From: a virus
DNA length: 54,338 nt
Strand: one strand, 5' to 3'
Virus genome (UHGV): UHGV-1367341
Shown here: piece after piece, positions 1-7,179 of the stretch
Numbering within the stretch: position 1 is the stretch's first letter
Layout: every line of letters starts with the position of its first letter
Translations under genes and position numbers: made by a program
The notes under the pieces: model-generated
The model's database searches: none
What the model saw: the letters and a program-made list of their open reading frames with translations, nothing else
Told to the model about the DNA's origin: nothing

Positions 1-175
1 AGCCCCAGTCGTACCCAGCAGGGTCTGCCACCTTCTCGATGACCACCCCTTCTGAGCTAAGCATAAACTCTGCCCTGCCCTCGGGTGTATATTGTCGGTA
101 TATCATGTAGGAGAATATCGCGACAACAATAGCTCCACCAAGGAAGTGTATCAGACACTTAATGCGTTTATTCAT
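1..175 (-). CDS. N-terminal part of a small membrane protein; ATG at 175..173 and the ORF runs off the left edge
   Basis: Reverse-strand translation starts MNKRIKCLIHFLGGAIVVAIFSYMIY (one TM helix) with no stop before position 1. It is frame-continuous with 54202..54338 if the sequence is circular. Confidence 0.4.
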   Translation of the reverse strand, partial: MNKRIKCLIHFLGGAIVVAIFSYMIYRQYTPEGRAEFMLSSEGVVIEKVADPAGYDWG

Positions 176-187
176 ATCTGTTTTTCT

Positions 188-520
188 TTAATACCGAGGT
201 GTCGAAGTGTGGTTAATGCGATGTGCATTGGCATCCTGCTTCATGTGAATAACACCGAGTTCGGGGATCCCCCTGATACACGATAGTCTACTGACAACGT
301 CAATATCTCCAGTGTCTTCATGCTCGAACTGGAGTTCGAAATCCCATCTATAGGATGAGGGTGGTATTCCATGGAGTGAAGCATGTATATGGTAAGTCCC
401 AATAATACGGCCACCGTGTATTAGTAGTGCACTAAGATGCACACAGCTATCGCCCCACTCGCTGCGAACCTCCCATTTGAGTGGTAGAGGCAGCTCACGT
501 TCTAATTGCTCTTGCGTCAT
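188..520 (-). CDS. hypothetical small early protein (MTQEQ...)
   Basis: ORF abutting the stop of the upstream gene. Start sits in the repeated GTCATAGT context. Part of a compact leftward operon. Confidence 0.45.
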   Translation of the reverse strand: MTQEQLERELPLPLKWEVRSEWGDSCVHLSALLIHGGRIIGTYHIHASLHGIPPSSYRWDFELQFEHEDTGDIDVVSRLSCIRGIPELGVIHMKQDANAHRINHTSTPRY

Positions 521-525
521 AGTCG

Positions 526-801
526 TTATCCTTTAATGCCGAGCAGTCGGCAGACGATGTCGACGCGGTGGGCTTCGGCTTTAGCTTTCGGATCTTGCCC
601 TTTGTGGTACACTCCTACACAAAACGCTTTTTCTGAGAGAACCGATCCACGTATGTAAAGCTTTTCTCCAACTATTTCATATTGCAAAGTCGTCCCCCAC
701 GATATATAAAAAGGGGTGGTTACAGCTTTACCAGGGTTGTTACCCTCACTCCACTCCAGCGGGCATTTAGCCAGCTGCGCTTTTACTTCTTCGCGTGTCA
801 T
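526..801 (-). CDS. hypothetical small early protein (MTREEVK..., N-terminus paralogous to 1097..1351)
   Basis: ATGA start/stop overlap with the upstream gene. Shares the MTREE start and GTGTCATAGT context with 1097..1351. Confidence 0.45.
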   Translation of the reverse strand: MTREEVKAQLAKCPLEWSEGNNPGKAVTTPFYISWGTTLQYEIVGEKLYIRGSVLSEKAFCVGVYHKGQDPKAKAEAHRVDIVCRLLGIKG

Positions 802-1100
802 AGTGTCTTTACCAATTCTCTAAGGTCTTTCATGCATAGGTGGATAGAGCGCATTCGCGTTTGCGCATCCTCGCCACCATCGAGCTTGAATTTTATGTCC
901 ATTTCAATCTCGCCACCAAAGTCACCATCACTCTTTTCACGGCATATTACCCGAAAGTGTACCCACTTCGGATTATCGTCGTCTCCCTTATTACGGCAGG
1001 AGTATTGTATCACACTGCCGTCGTCAAGGGTGGCTGTTCCGATTAACATCCCCTTCTCGTCCTCATCCCACGTTAGCGTGGGTGTCGTTTTCTGTGTCAT
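798..1100 (-). CDS. hypothetical small early protein
   Basis: ATGA overlap coupling on both sides. Acidic 100-aa product. Confidence 0.45.
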   Translation of the reverse strand: MTQKTTPTLTWDEDEKGMLIGTATLDDGSVIQYSCRNKGDDDNPKWVHFRVICREKSDGDFGGEIEMDIKFKLDGGEDAQTRMRSIHLCMKDLRELVKTL

Positions 1101-1351
1101 AGTTCGTTATTTACCATGTAGGTTATAGCTATCTTCTTTAGTTTTGGCTCTGTTCTTTTGATATTGCCATATATCTTCTTAATTGGCTTATCATCCCCTG
1201 TCCTCCAGACTTCGATAACTGTTCGTCTTTTGCCGACCTTCATAAAGTATGCATGTAGGCTATGTGGCAGTCTTGTGCATATCTGTCCAGTGTATGGCGA
1301 CTCCACCCAATAGATATCTCCTATTAACTTTCGAGCTTCCTCTCGTGTCAT
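1097..1351 (-). CDS. hypothetical small early protein (MTREEARK...)
   Basis: 84-aa ORF with GTGTCATAGTTCGTT start context identical to the one at 1100. Confidence 0.45.
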   Translation of the reverse strand: MTREEARKLIGDIYWVESPYTGQICTRLPHSLHAYFMKVGKRRTVIEVWRTGDDKPIKKIYGNIKRTEPKLKKIAITYMVNNEL

Positions 1352-1422
1352 AGTTCGTTGTGTTATAGAGTGCGCCCCGCTCCAATGAAAGGAGGTGTAT
1401 AGCAGGGCGCACTCGTGGTTAG

Positions 1423-2025
1423 TTAGTCTTGATTATCTCGGTTGAACATTGAGTATATCTGCTCGACTATCCACGCTCTCCCCTCCGCCTTAGCTTCTTT
1501 GAGGGTGGGGAGGACCATATCGAGATTACTTTTCATGCGTTCCGATACGGAGTATACGCACCAGCCACCACCAGCTGAGTACTTGCAGATGTGTATCCGC
1601 CAAGCATTCACCATTGTCCACCACTCGTCGTCGCCAGCCTTGCACCATACAATCGGTCGCAGGCTTCTGTCGATGAGCTTGCGTGTGATAGCCTCGGAGG
1701 TGTCGGGGGCTTTTGCCCTCAGCTCCGCTCGCATTGCTTTGTACATGTTGATGCACAACCGATTGGTCTTGGCGAGCTTCTTTATGCAGAGTTTAAGCTC
1801 GTCTATCTCCTCGTCCTTGTCGGCCACCTCCTTTTCGAGCTTCTCCTTTTCTTGGAACAGCGAGTAGTTGTGCTTCGTGAGGCTCTCCCGTAGCTCCTCC
1901 TTGGACTTGTGGAGCTTCGTCAGCTCCTTTCGTTCGCTCCAAATCGTGAGCGTCACTGCTATTGACCACACGAGGAGGACACCGCAGGCGATGATGAGCA
2001 GGTCGATGATGTTGTCCGTTGTCAT
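1423..2025 (-). CDS. membrane-anchored coiled-coil protein
   Basis: N-terminal TM helix (IIDLLIIACGVLLVWSIAVTLTIW) followed by a charged heptad-like segment. 200 aa. Confidence 0.45.
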   Translation of the reverse strand: MTTDNIIDLLIIACGVLLVWSIAVTLTIWSERKELTKLHKSKEELRESLTKHNYSLFQEKEKLEKEVADKDEEIDELKLCIKKLAKTNRLCINMYKAMRAELRAKAPDTSEAITRKLIDRSLRPIVWCKAGDDEWWTMVNAWRIHICKYSAGGGWCVYSVSERMKSNLDMVLPTLKEAKAEGRAWIVEQIYSMFNRDNQD

Positions 2026-2031
2026 AGTCCC

Positions 2032-2628
2032 TTAGTATTTCTTCCCGTGCTTCGCAGGGCGTGTTTCGTTGTACTTTAGCTTGAGGTCGATGTGCGCCAT
2101 TAGGTCGATGCCGAGGCGGTCGCAGAGCAACTCCAGCGATTTAATGGCGTAGAGAATGGCGGTGCGGTGAGCGTACATATTGCAATGACAGCACACCTCT
2201 TGAAGGATAGGCCACAGCGCATCAGCAAGCGTCATTTCCCCATCGATGTAGAATGCAGATACGCCTAAGTCGATCTCTACCTCCTTCTCCGACAGCGCAC
2301 GATCTTTTGTCATCCACCCCAGCAGGTCGAGCATGCGTATCACTGCGTCGGCTATCTCGTCCTCCACTCTATCCTTGACCTCTCGGAGGAACTCTTGAGT
2401 ATAGGGCGCACCCGCTATACGCTGGAGTGTGTCTATCGTGTCGGGGTCAAGCTTCGCCCACTTGCCGATGCGGTCGGCTTCCACTGCCTCGGAAAGCTCC
2501 GAGACGACCAGCATCAGATAATGTCCGACGGAGTGGAACTCATCCCAAAAGCCTTTAGCCACTGCCCGCTGGTGGCAGTCCTTGGCGTAGCGGTTGAGCG
2601 TGTCTGCGTTGTAAAGTCTGTATGTCAT
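2032..2628 (-). CDS. hypothetical protein, possibly an all-alpha MazG-like NTP pyrophosphohydrolase (weak)
   Basis: EL(S)E..EA and EIADAV..ML acidic helix motifs resemble the MazG/HisE-type fold. Pattern match only. Confidence 0.4.
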   Translation of the reverse strand: MTYRLYNADTLNRYAKDCHQRAVAKGFWDEFHSVGHYLMLVVSELSEAVEADRIGKWAKLDPDTIDTLQRIAGAPYTQEFLREVKDRVEDEIADAVIRMLDLLGWMTKDRALSEKEVEIDLGVSAFYIDGEMTLADALWPILQEVCCHCNMYAHRTAILYAIKSLELLCDRLGIDLMAHIDLKLKYNETRPAKHGKKY

Positions 2629-2636
2629 AGTCGTTG

Positions 2637-3686
2637 CTATTTGATGATGTGTGATAAGATGTGTTTGACCACCTCAACCGTCCACCCGTTGCCGAGCATC
2701 TTGTAGGCTTGGGTGTCGGAACAGCCCCACTTGTACCAGTCGGGGATTGTTTGCAAGCGTGCGCACTCGGTAGGGGTGAGGCGGCGTAGCATATAGCCTA
2801 TTTTAGCCACGGGCTGTCCGCTGCCGTCGTTCCTCGCCCTTGCGGGGATGCACGGGGCTTTGCCTCCAGCTGTCGGGCGGAAGCCCTGCCCATCCTTGTG
2901 CGTTCGCCAAGTGCCAGGAGTAATTAGCAGATTGTCCTTCGTGACGCTCGTCAGGCTGTTGCTCTTGTTATCCTTCCGAAGTTCGATCTGTTGCTCGTTA
3001 TTGTCCCCTCGCCCACGCATAGCACATGCCATATTATTCACGTCCTGCGTAAGAGCTGCGCATTCAAGTGCATCCTCGTTGAGAGAGAGGTTGCGCATAT
3101 AGTATTTCTCATCCACTTCATCGTCGAGGATGTCTCCGATGTAGATGCCTCGGTCGGCGGGCTGGGGAATGTCCGTGAGCAACTCGCCCCATATCCCCTC
3201 GCTCTTCGTCAGAATATCGCTCCAATATAGGCGCACTCTATTCTGTGCAGACACAAGGGCGGAGTTAATCACAACGGGTCTAATGCCAAGGCTTTCGTTT
3301 ATCCTTACCTCGTCTGATGGACGCATCCGCACATTCTCAAGGAGGTACTTTACGTTGGGGTTGAGCTTTTGCACGTGGTGCAGGATGTCAAGGAACACCC
3401 AATACAGCCTGCTTCGTGGGTCGTCGTGACCGAGCATTTTACCAGCGAGCGAGAAGCCCTGACAGGGCGAGCCAGCGAGGAGGAGGTCTATCTCCTCCCA
3501 CTCAATGTTCCACTCCCGCCACTTCTCTACGTCTCCGAGCTGGATAGTCTCGGGGAAGTTAAGCTGCGTCTGTGCGATAGCGTGCTTGTCTATCTCGCTG
3601 GCATAGTACCTCTCGATAGGCACGCCAAGCTCTCGCAGGGCTATTTGTCCACAGCTCATTCCGTCAAAGAGTGATAGTACTTTCAT
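2637..3686 (-). CDS. DNA (cytosine-5)-methyltransferase
   Basis: Motif I LSLFDGMSCG, motif IV GSPCQGFSLAGK, motif VI LLENV and motif VIII QNRVRLY are all present in order. Start taken at MKVLSLFDG (ATG 3686..3684) rather than the longer ORF to 3791. Confidence 0.85.
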   Translation of the reverse strand: MKVLSLFDGMSCGQIALRELGVPIERYYASEIDKHAIAQTQLNFPETIQLGDVEKWREWNIEWEEIDLLLAGSPCQGFSLAGKMLGHDDPRSRLYWVFLDILHHVQKLNPNVKYLLENVRMRPSDEVRINESLGIRPVVINSALVSAQNRVRLYWSDILTKSEGIWGELLTDIPQPADRGIYIGDILDDEVDEKYYMRNLSLNEDALECAALTQDVNNMACAMRGRGDNNEQQIELRKDNKSNSLTSVTKDNLLITPGTWRTHKDGQGFRPTAGGKAPCIPARARNDGSGQPVAKIGYMLRRLTPTECARLQTIPDWYKWGCSDTQAYKMLGNGWTVEVVKHILSHIIK

Positions 3687-3712
3687 TCCGTTTCGTCTTG
3701 TGGTGTCTCCTA

Positions 3713-3895
3713 TTATCTCCCGAGTTGGAAGAGCATGACGAAGGCCCACACCAGGCAGGCAGTCCCGAAGATGTTTATCGGGATAAGCCACCAGCGGAGC
3801 TCCCTCCCCTCTTGCTCGTCCTCCTCCAGCAGTGCGTATGACGTCGGAGAAGTAAGCAAGCCCAGGAAAAACAGGGTGAGAAATTGAGTAGTCAT
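3713..3895 (-). CDS. small membrane protein (60 aa, two hydrophobic segments)
   Basis: ORF tightly packed between neighbours. Hydrophobic N- and C-terminal stretches. Confidence 0.4.
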   Translation of the reverse strand: MTTQFLTLFFLGLLTSPTSYALLEEDEQEGRELRWWLIPINIFGTACLVWAFVMLFQLGR

Positions 3896-3897
3896 GG

Positions 3898-4218
3898 TTA
3901 GTTATCTGCGCTTGAGTCGCCCTCCTTCTCCATAAGAGGTCGGGGAGTGCGTTGTGGTCGTGATACCCGAGTGCGTGCTTCGACGCGTCCCATTCGGGAG
4001 TTGAACTCGGTGAGGCAGTCCACCATGGATTGGTAGACCTCGTTCTGCCCCTTGCAGCAGTCCCGCAGTGTCGTGTGGTCCTCGATCAGCTTAGCGATGT
4101 CGGACTTCATGCTGGCGTGTATGCTGTCGAAAAGGCGGATGCGAGAGTGAATAGCCCAAATGAAATAGGCTGCGGTCAGGGCGCATACTATGAGCAGGCC
4201 CAGTGTTACGTATGTCAT
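3898..4218 (-). CDS. membrane-anchored hypothetical protein
   Basis: N-terminal TM helix LGLLIVCALTAAYFIWAI followed by a soluble domain. ATGA-type overlap with 4215..4775. Confidence 0.45.
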   Translation of the reverse strand: MTYVTLGLLIVCALTAAYFIWAIHSRIRLFDSIHASMKSDIAKLIEDHTTLRDCCKGQNEVYQSMVDCLTEFNSRMGRVEARTRVSRPQRTPRPLMEKEGDSSADN

Positions 4219-4775
4219 CCGTTAAATCCTTTGATAGGTGTTGCGATGTGGTGGATAGCCAGGAGCAGCGCGTCGCGGTCCTCCTGATTGGTGGCCCTTT
4301 GCTTGTGCTTAGGCAGTGTGAGTCGGTGACGCTTGCATACCATCAGGAGCTCCTCGTGTGTGATCTTCCCGTTCTTACCCTTCCACACCTTGCGTAGTGG
4401 TGGCTGGCAGATGAGCGGAAAATCGTAGTCGGTGATGAGGTCACGCAGGATCTCTCCAACCATGGCGCAGCGTCCGACGTTGTAGCCAGTCTTGGCTATT
4501 GCCTTGGCTTCCACCTGTCCACCGATGTGGCGGTTGTGCGATGTCCCCCACACATTCTCGAGGACGAAGCGGTAAGAGTAGTCGGTATCGAGATACTGCT
4601 CGTCCACCTCGTTGCGCCATTCCTGGAGCAAGCGTACGATCTTGGGGATTGTCAGCTGCTCCAGGTGAATAGTTCGGTCGGTGATATTGATGCAAGCCCA
4701 GCCCGAGCCCTGAGTGTCAGGGTCGATGCCGATGATCAGCTGCTTCTTTGGGCGGGTGGTTAGGTTGTTGCTCAT
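4215..4775 (-). CDS. RuvC-like Holliday junction resolvase
   Basis: IIGIDPDTQGSGWA matches the N-terminal catalytic Asp motif. VLENVW and DRDALLLAIHH resemble RuvC Glu and Asp-Asp-His motifs. Confidence 0.7.
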   Translation of the reverse strand: MSNNLTTRPKKQLIIGIDPDTQGSGWACINITDRTIHLEQLTIPKIVRLLQEWRNEVDEQYLDTDYSYRFVLENVWGTSHNRHIGGQVEAKAIAKTGYNVGRCAMVGEILRDLITDYDFPLICQPPLRKVWKGKNGKITHEELLMVCKRHRLTLPKHKQRATNQEDRDALLLAIHHIATPIKGFNG

Positions 4776-5263
4776 GACTTGTACACCTCATCCTCCCCGT
4801 AGATACATGTCAATCGGAATAAGACCGTCTCGATGAAGTATCGTCTGCACGCATCTTGGTCTTCCAATGGGCCTGTAATAGCACTATCCAATAAGAGTTC
4901 GTAGTCCTTGCACCTCAAAGCAAAGTCTACCTTTTCTCCCTGCTCCCACCCTGTGAATTTTTCGAGAGCTATACTCAGCCAGGCTTCACAAACTTCATCG
5001 AGATGCATAGTCAAGCCGAATTGAACGAAGCCGTCGGGAACAATCATAGTGTAATCGACGACTCTGGAGAGGTCCTCGATTGATATGCCCTTCCCTTCTT
5101 TCTTGCTCGCCTCCACAAGATCCAAGAGCTTCTTGGGCGTACCCTTCTTCAAGCAGATAAGCACCTTGTTGTGAATATCCATAAGCCTCTCCGCTTCCTT
5201 CTTGCTCTTTTCGCTCATGAATTTGAGGTTGGCGATCATTGTCTTTTTGTCTTCCATTTTCAC
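4772..5263 (-). CDS. hypothetical protein (163 aa)
   Basis: ORF overlapping the neighbour by 4 nt. No recognisable motif. Confidence 0.5.
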   Translation of the reverse strand: MKMEDKKTMIANLKFMSEKSKKEAERLMDIHNKVLICLKKGTPKKLLDLVEASKKEGKGISIEDLSRVVDYTMIVPDGFVQFGLTMHLDEVCEAWLSIALEKFTGWEQGEKVDFALRCKDYELLLDSAITGPLEDQDACRRYFIETVLFRLTCIYGEDEVYKS

Positions 5264-5269
5264 CTGTTG

Positions 5270-5659
5270 TTAGAATGGCAGATCATCAGCGGCTCCCGCT
5301 TGTGGTGCGGGTGCTGGTTGTGGTTGCGCAGGGGTGGCAGCTGGAGCGGTGGCTACCCGCTGTGGTGCTGGTGCAGCTTGCTGTGCTCCTGCCAGTACGA
5401 TGTTCCACGCCTTGATCTCAGTGTACCATCGCCCGTTGAACTCTCGGCTATCGATGTCTACGGAGACCATCACGTCCTGCCCCACCTGTGGTGTCTTGGC
5501 TACGTTGTCTCCGAAGAGTGAGATACAGACCTTGCGAGGGTATTGCCCGCCCTGCTCGAGGACGAACTCCTGCTTCTGCCATGGGTTGCCAGCCTTGGAC
5601 GTGCCTTGCTGGAGGGGGAGGACCTGCACGACCTTCCCGCTGATATTCATTTCGCTCAT
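5270..5659 (-). CDS. DUF3127-type OB-fold protein with SSB-like acidic C-terminal tip (DDLPF)
   Basis: MSEMNISGKVVQVLPLQQGTSKAGNPWQKQEFVLE...FNGRWYTEIKAW is the characteristic Bacteroidetes DUF3127 signature. The Ala/Pro/Gln-rich linker ends in AADDLPF, like the SSB C-terminal DDDIPF. Confidence 0.65.
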   Translation of the reverse strand: MSEMNISGKVVQVLPLQQGTSKAGNPWQKQEFVLEQGGQYPRKVCISLFGDNVAKTPQVGQDVMVSVDIDSREFNGRWYTEIKAWNIVLAGAQQAAPAPQRVATAPAATPAQPQPAPAPQAGAADDLPF

Positions 5660-5671
5660 ATCGCTGTGTGA

Positions 5672-6154
5672 TTAAAGTGTTGTCTGTTCTGTTACTCTGA
5701 TGAGGTAGCCTCTACGGACAAGCTCGTCAGGGGATAGATCGAGGAGGCAGTCGGAGGTGTCTGTACTCGACACGTTGCGCCTTTCCTCTTTCAGGGCATT
5801 TGCCTTCGTGAGTCGTCGGTACTTACCTGCGATAGCTTGCTCGTGGAAAGTGCACCCCGACTCTTCCTTGTACTTTCGGATGCACCCCATAAGGCCAAGG
5901 TCAGGGGTACGCTCGAGCATCACGATGATCTCGTCGATGATTGACGCTGGTATCACTCCATACCCTGCTGGCTTTCCTCCCTGGTGCTCGATGTACCTCG
6001 GGTGATGAGTCAGCTTGTGGCATATGTGATGGCGTGAATAGCCGTATCTCTTCGCAGCCATCCTCGATGCTGGCGTAGGCCTCATGCCGCCCTCGATCAC
6101 CAGCTGCAAGGCGTAGTCTACGATCTTCTCGAGAGGTGTGTTTCGCTCGATCAT
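5672..6154 (-). CDS. hypothetical protein (start chosen at MIERNTP to avoid overlap with 6157..6408)
   Basis: Contains His/Cys cluster HHICHKLTHH. The longer ORF to 6244 would overlap the upstream gene by 88 nt. Confidence 0.45.
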   Translation of the reverse strand: MIERNTPLEKIVDYALQLVIEGGMRPTPASRMAAKRYGYSRHHICHKLTHHPRYIEHQGGKPAGYGVIPASIIDEIIVMLERTPDLGLMGCIRKYKEESGCTFHEQAIAGKYRRLTKANALKEERRNVSSTDTSDCLLDLSPDELVRRGYLIRVTEQTTL

Positions 6155-6156
6155 GG

Positions 6157-6408
6157 CTAAGATTGGCTGATAGTTCGTAGCATCTTGCTCCGTTGCCAGC
6201 GCTCTTGTATCTCCTTCTCTGCAGCGGAGACGTCGGCCTTGCACTGCTTGAGCTTCTCCGAGAAGTAGGCGTGTACCTTTGGAGTTGTTGATCTACCGAT
6301 GATTGCAGGGAGTGCTTCAATGTGCACATTGAGGTTACGGATGCGATCCCGCAGGTCCTTGTCAGTGAGTTCGTCGAAGTTGTTGAAGTTGTAGCAGATG
6401 TCTTGCAT
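6157..6408 (-). CDS. hypothetical small protein
   Basis: 83-aa ORF packed between neighbours. Confidence 0.4.
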   Translation of the reverse strand: MQDICYNFNNFDELTDKDLRDRIRNLNVHIEALPAIIGRSTTPKVHAYFSEKLKQCKADVSAAEKEIQERWQRSKMLRTISQS

Positions 6409-6420
6409 AAGCGTTTGAGG

Positions 6421-7167
6421 TTATGACCTCGGCTGTGCTGACGCCAGTCGGTGGTCTGTTGATGATAAATGGACTATGACGCAGTCGCCTTGGATGCGAG
6501 AGGCAGTGCGGTCGTCGTAGAGGTTAGGACCGCTCAGTGCGTCGGGTGGATAGTTGCTTGTGATGATCGTTGGTCGGCTCAGTCGCTCTCCGTGCTGATC
6601 ACTGCGTCGGCAGATGATTGACGCTATGACGCTTGATCGTGATCCGTAGTACTGCGCCTCCTTGGGCTCTGCCCCGAGGTCTCCGATGTGCAGGACAAAG
6701 CGTCCCTCATCGAGATATTTCCCCGTCTCCTGGTAGTGTGCGGTGTAGTCCCTGGCGTGTGTCTCGCCATGGGTGGCACTGCTCCACAGCAGGGGTAGGT
6801 ATGACACGCTCCATTTGTCACGATCCTTGTCGTATTTCCAAAATGGGCGGTGCACTCCGACGATCTCGGAGAGGCGGTGCAGTAGTCGCACCAGCATGGT
6901 CTTGCCTGATCCCGTCGGACCCCACACGTACAAACCTCCGAAGGGGTTAGTGCAGGACGGGGAAGCGAGTAGCCAGGCGAGGGCTCTGCGGTATGCCTGT
7001 ATCTCGTCGGGCGATAGGTCGAAGGCTGGAGTCTCACGTCGTCCCAACTCGAGGAGGACGTCGAACGCGTCGTCAAAGGTGACGGGGTTCTTCATCAGCC
7101 GTGGCTCATACCCCTCGAAGGTGACGGGGTCAAGCGTTGCAAGCAGTTCTTCTTTCGTGAATGGCAT
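6421..7167 (-). CDS. DnaC/IstB-like AAA+ helicase-loader ATPase
   Basis: Walker A GPTGSGKT and Walker B-like VLHIGDLGAE. Placed directly downstream of the replication organiser gene. Confidence 0.65.
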   Translation of the reverse strand: MPFTKEELLATLDPVTFEGYEPRLMKNPVTFDDAFDVLLELGRRETPAFDLSPDEIQAYRRALAWLLASPSCTNPFGGLYVWGPTGSGKTMLVRLLHRLSEIVGVHRPFWKYDKDRDKWSVSYLPLLWSSATHGETHARDYTAHYQETGKYLDEGRFVLHIGDLGAEPKEAQYYGSRSSVIASIICRRSDQHGERLSRPTIITSNYPPDALSGPNLYDDRTASRIQGDCVIVHLSSTDHRLASAQPRS

Positions 7168-7179
7168 TGTGTCGTTGTG

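Noticed and set aside
92-286. Plus-strand 64-aa ORF at the left edge
   Set aside because: It overlaps the N-terminus of the wrap-around minus-strand gene and the end of 188..520. No start context, and the composition is inconsistent with neighbours.
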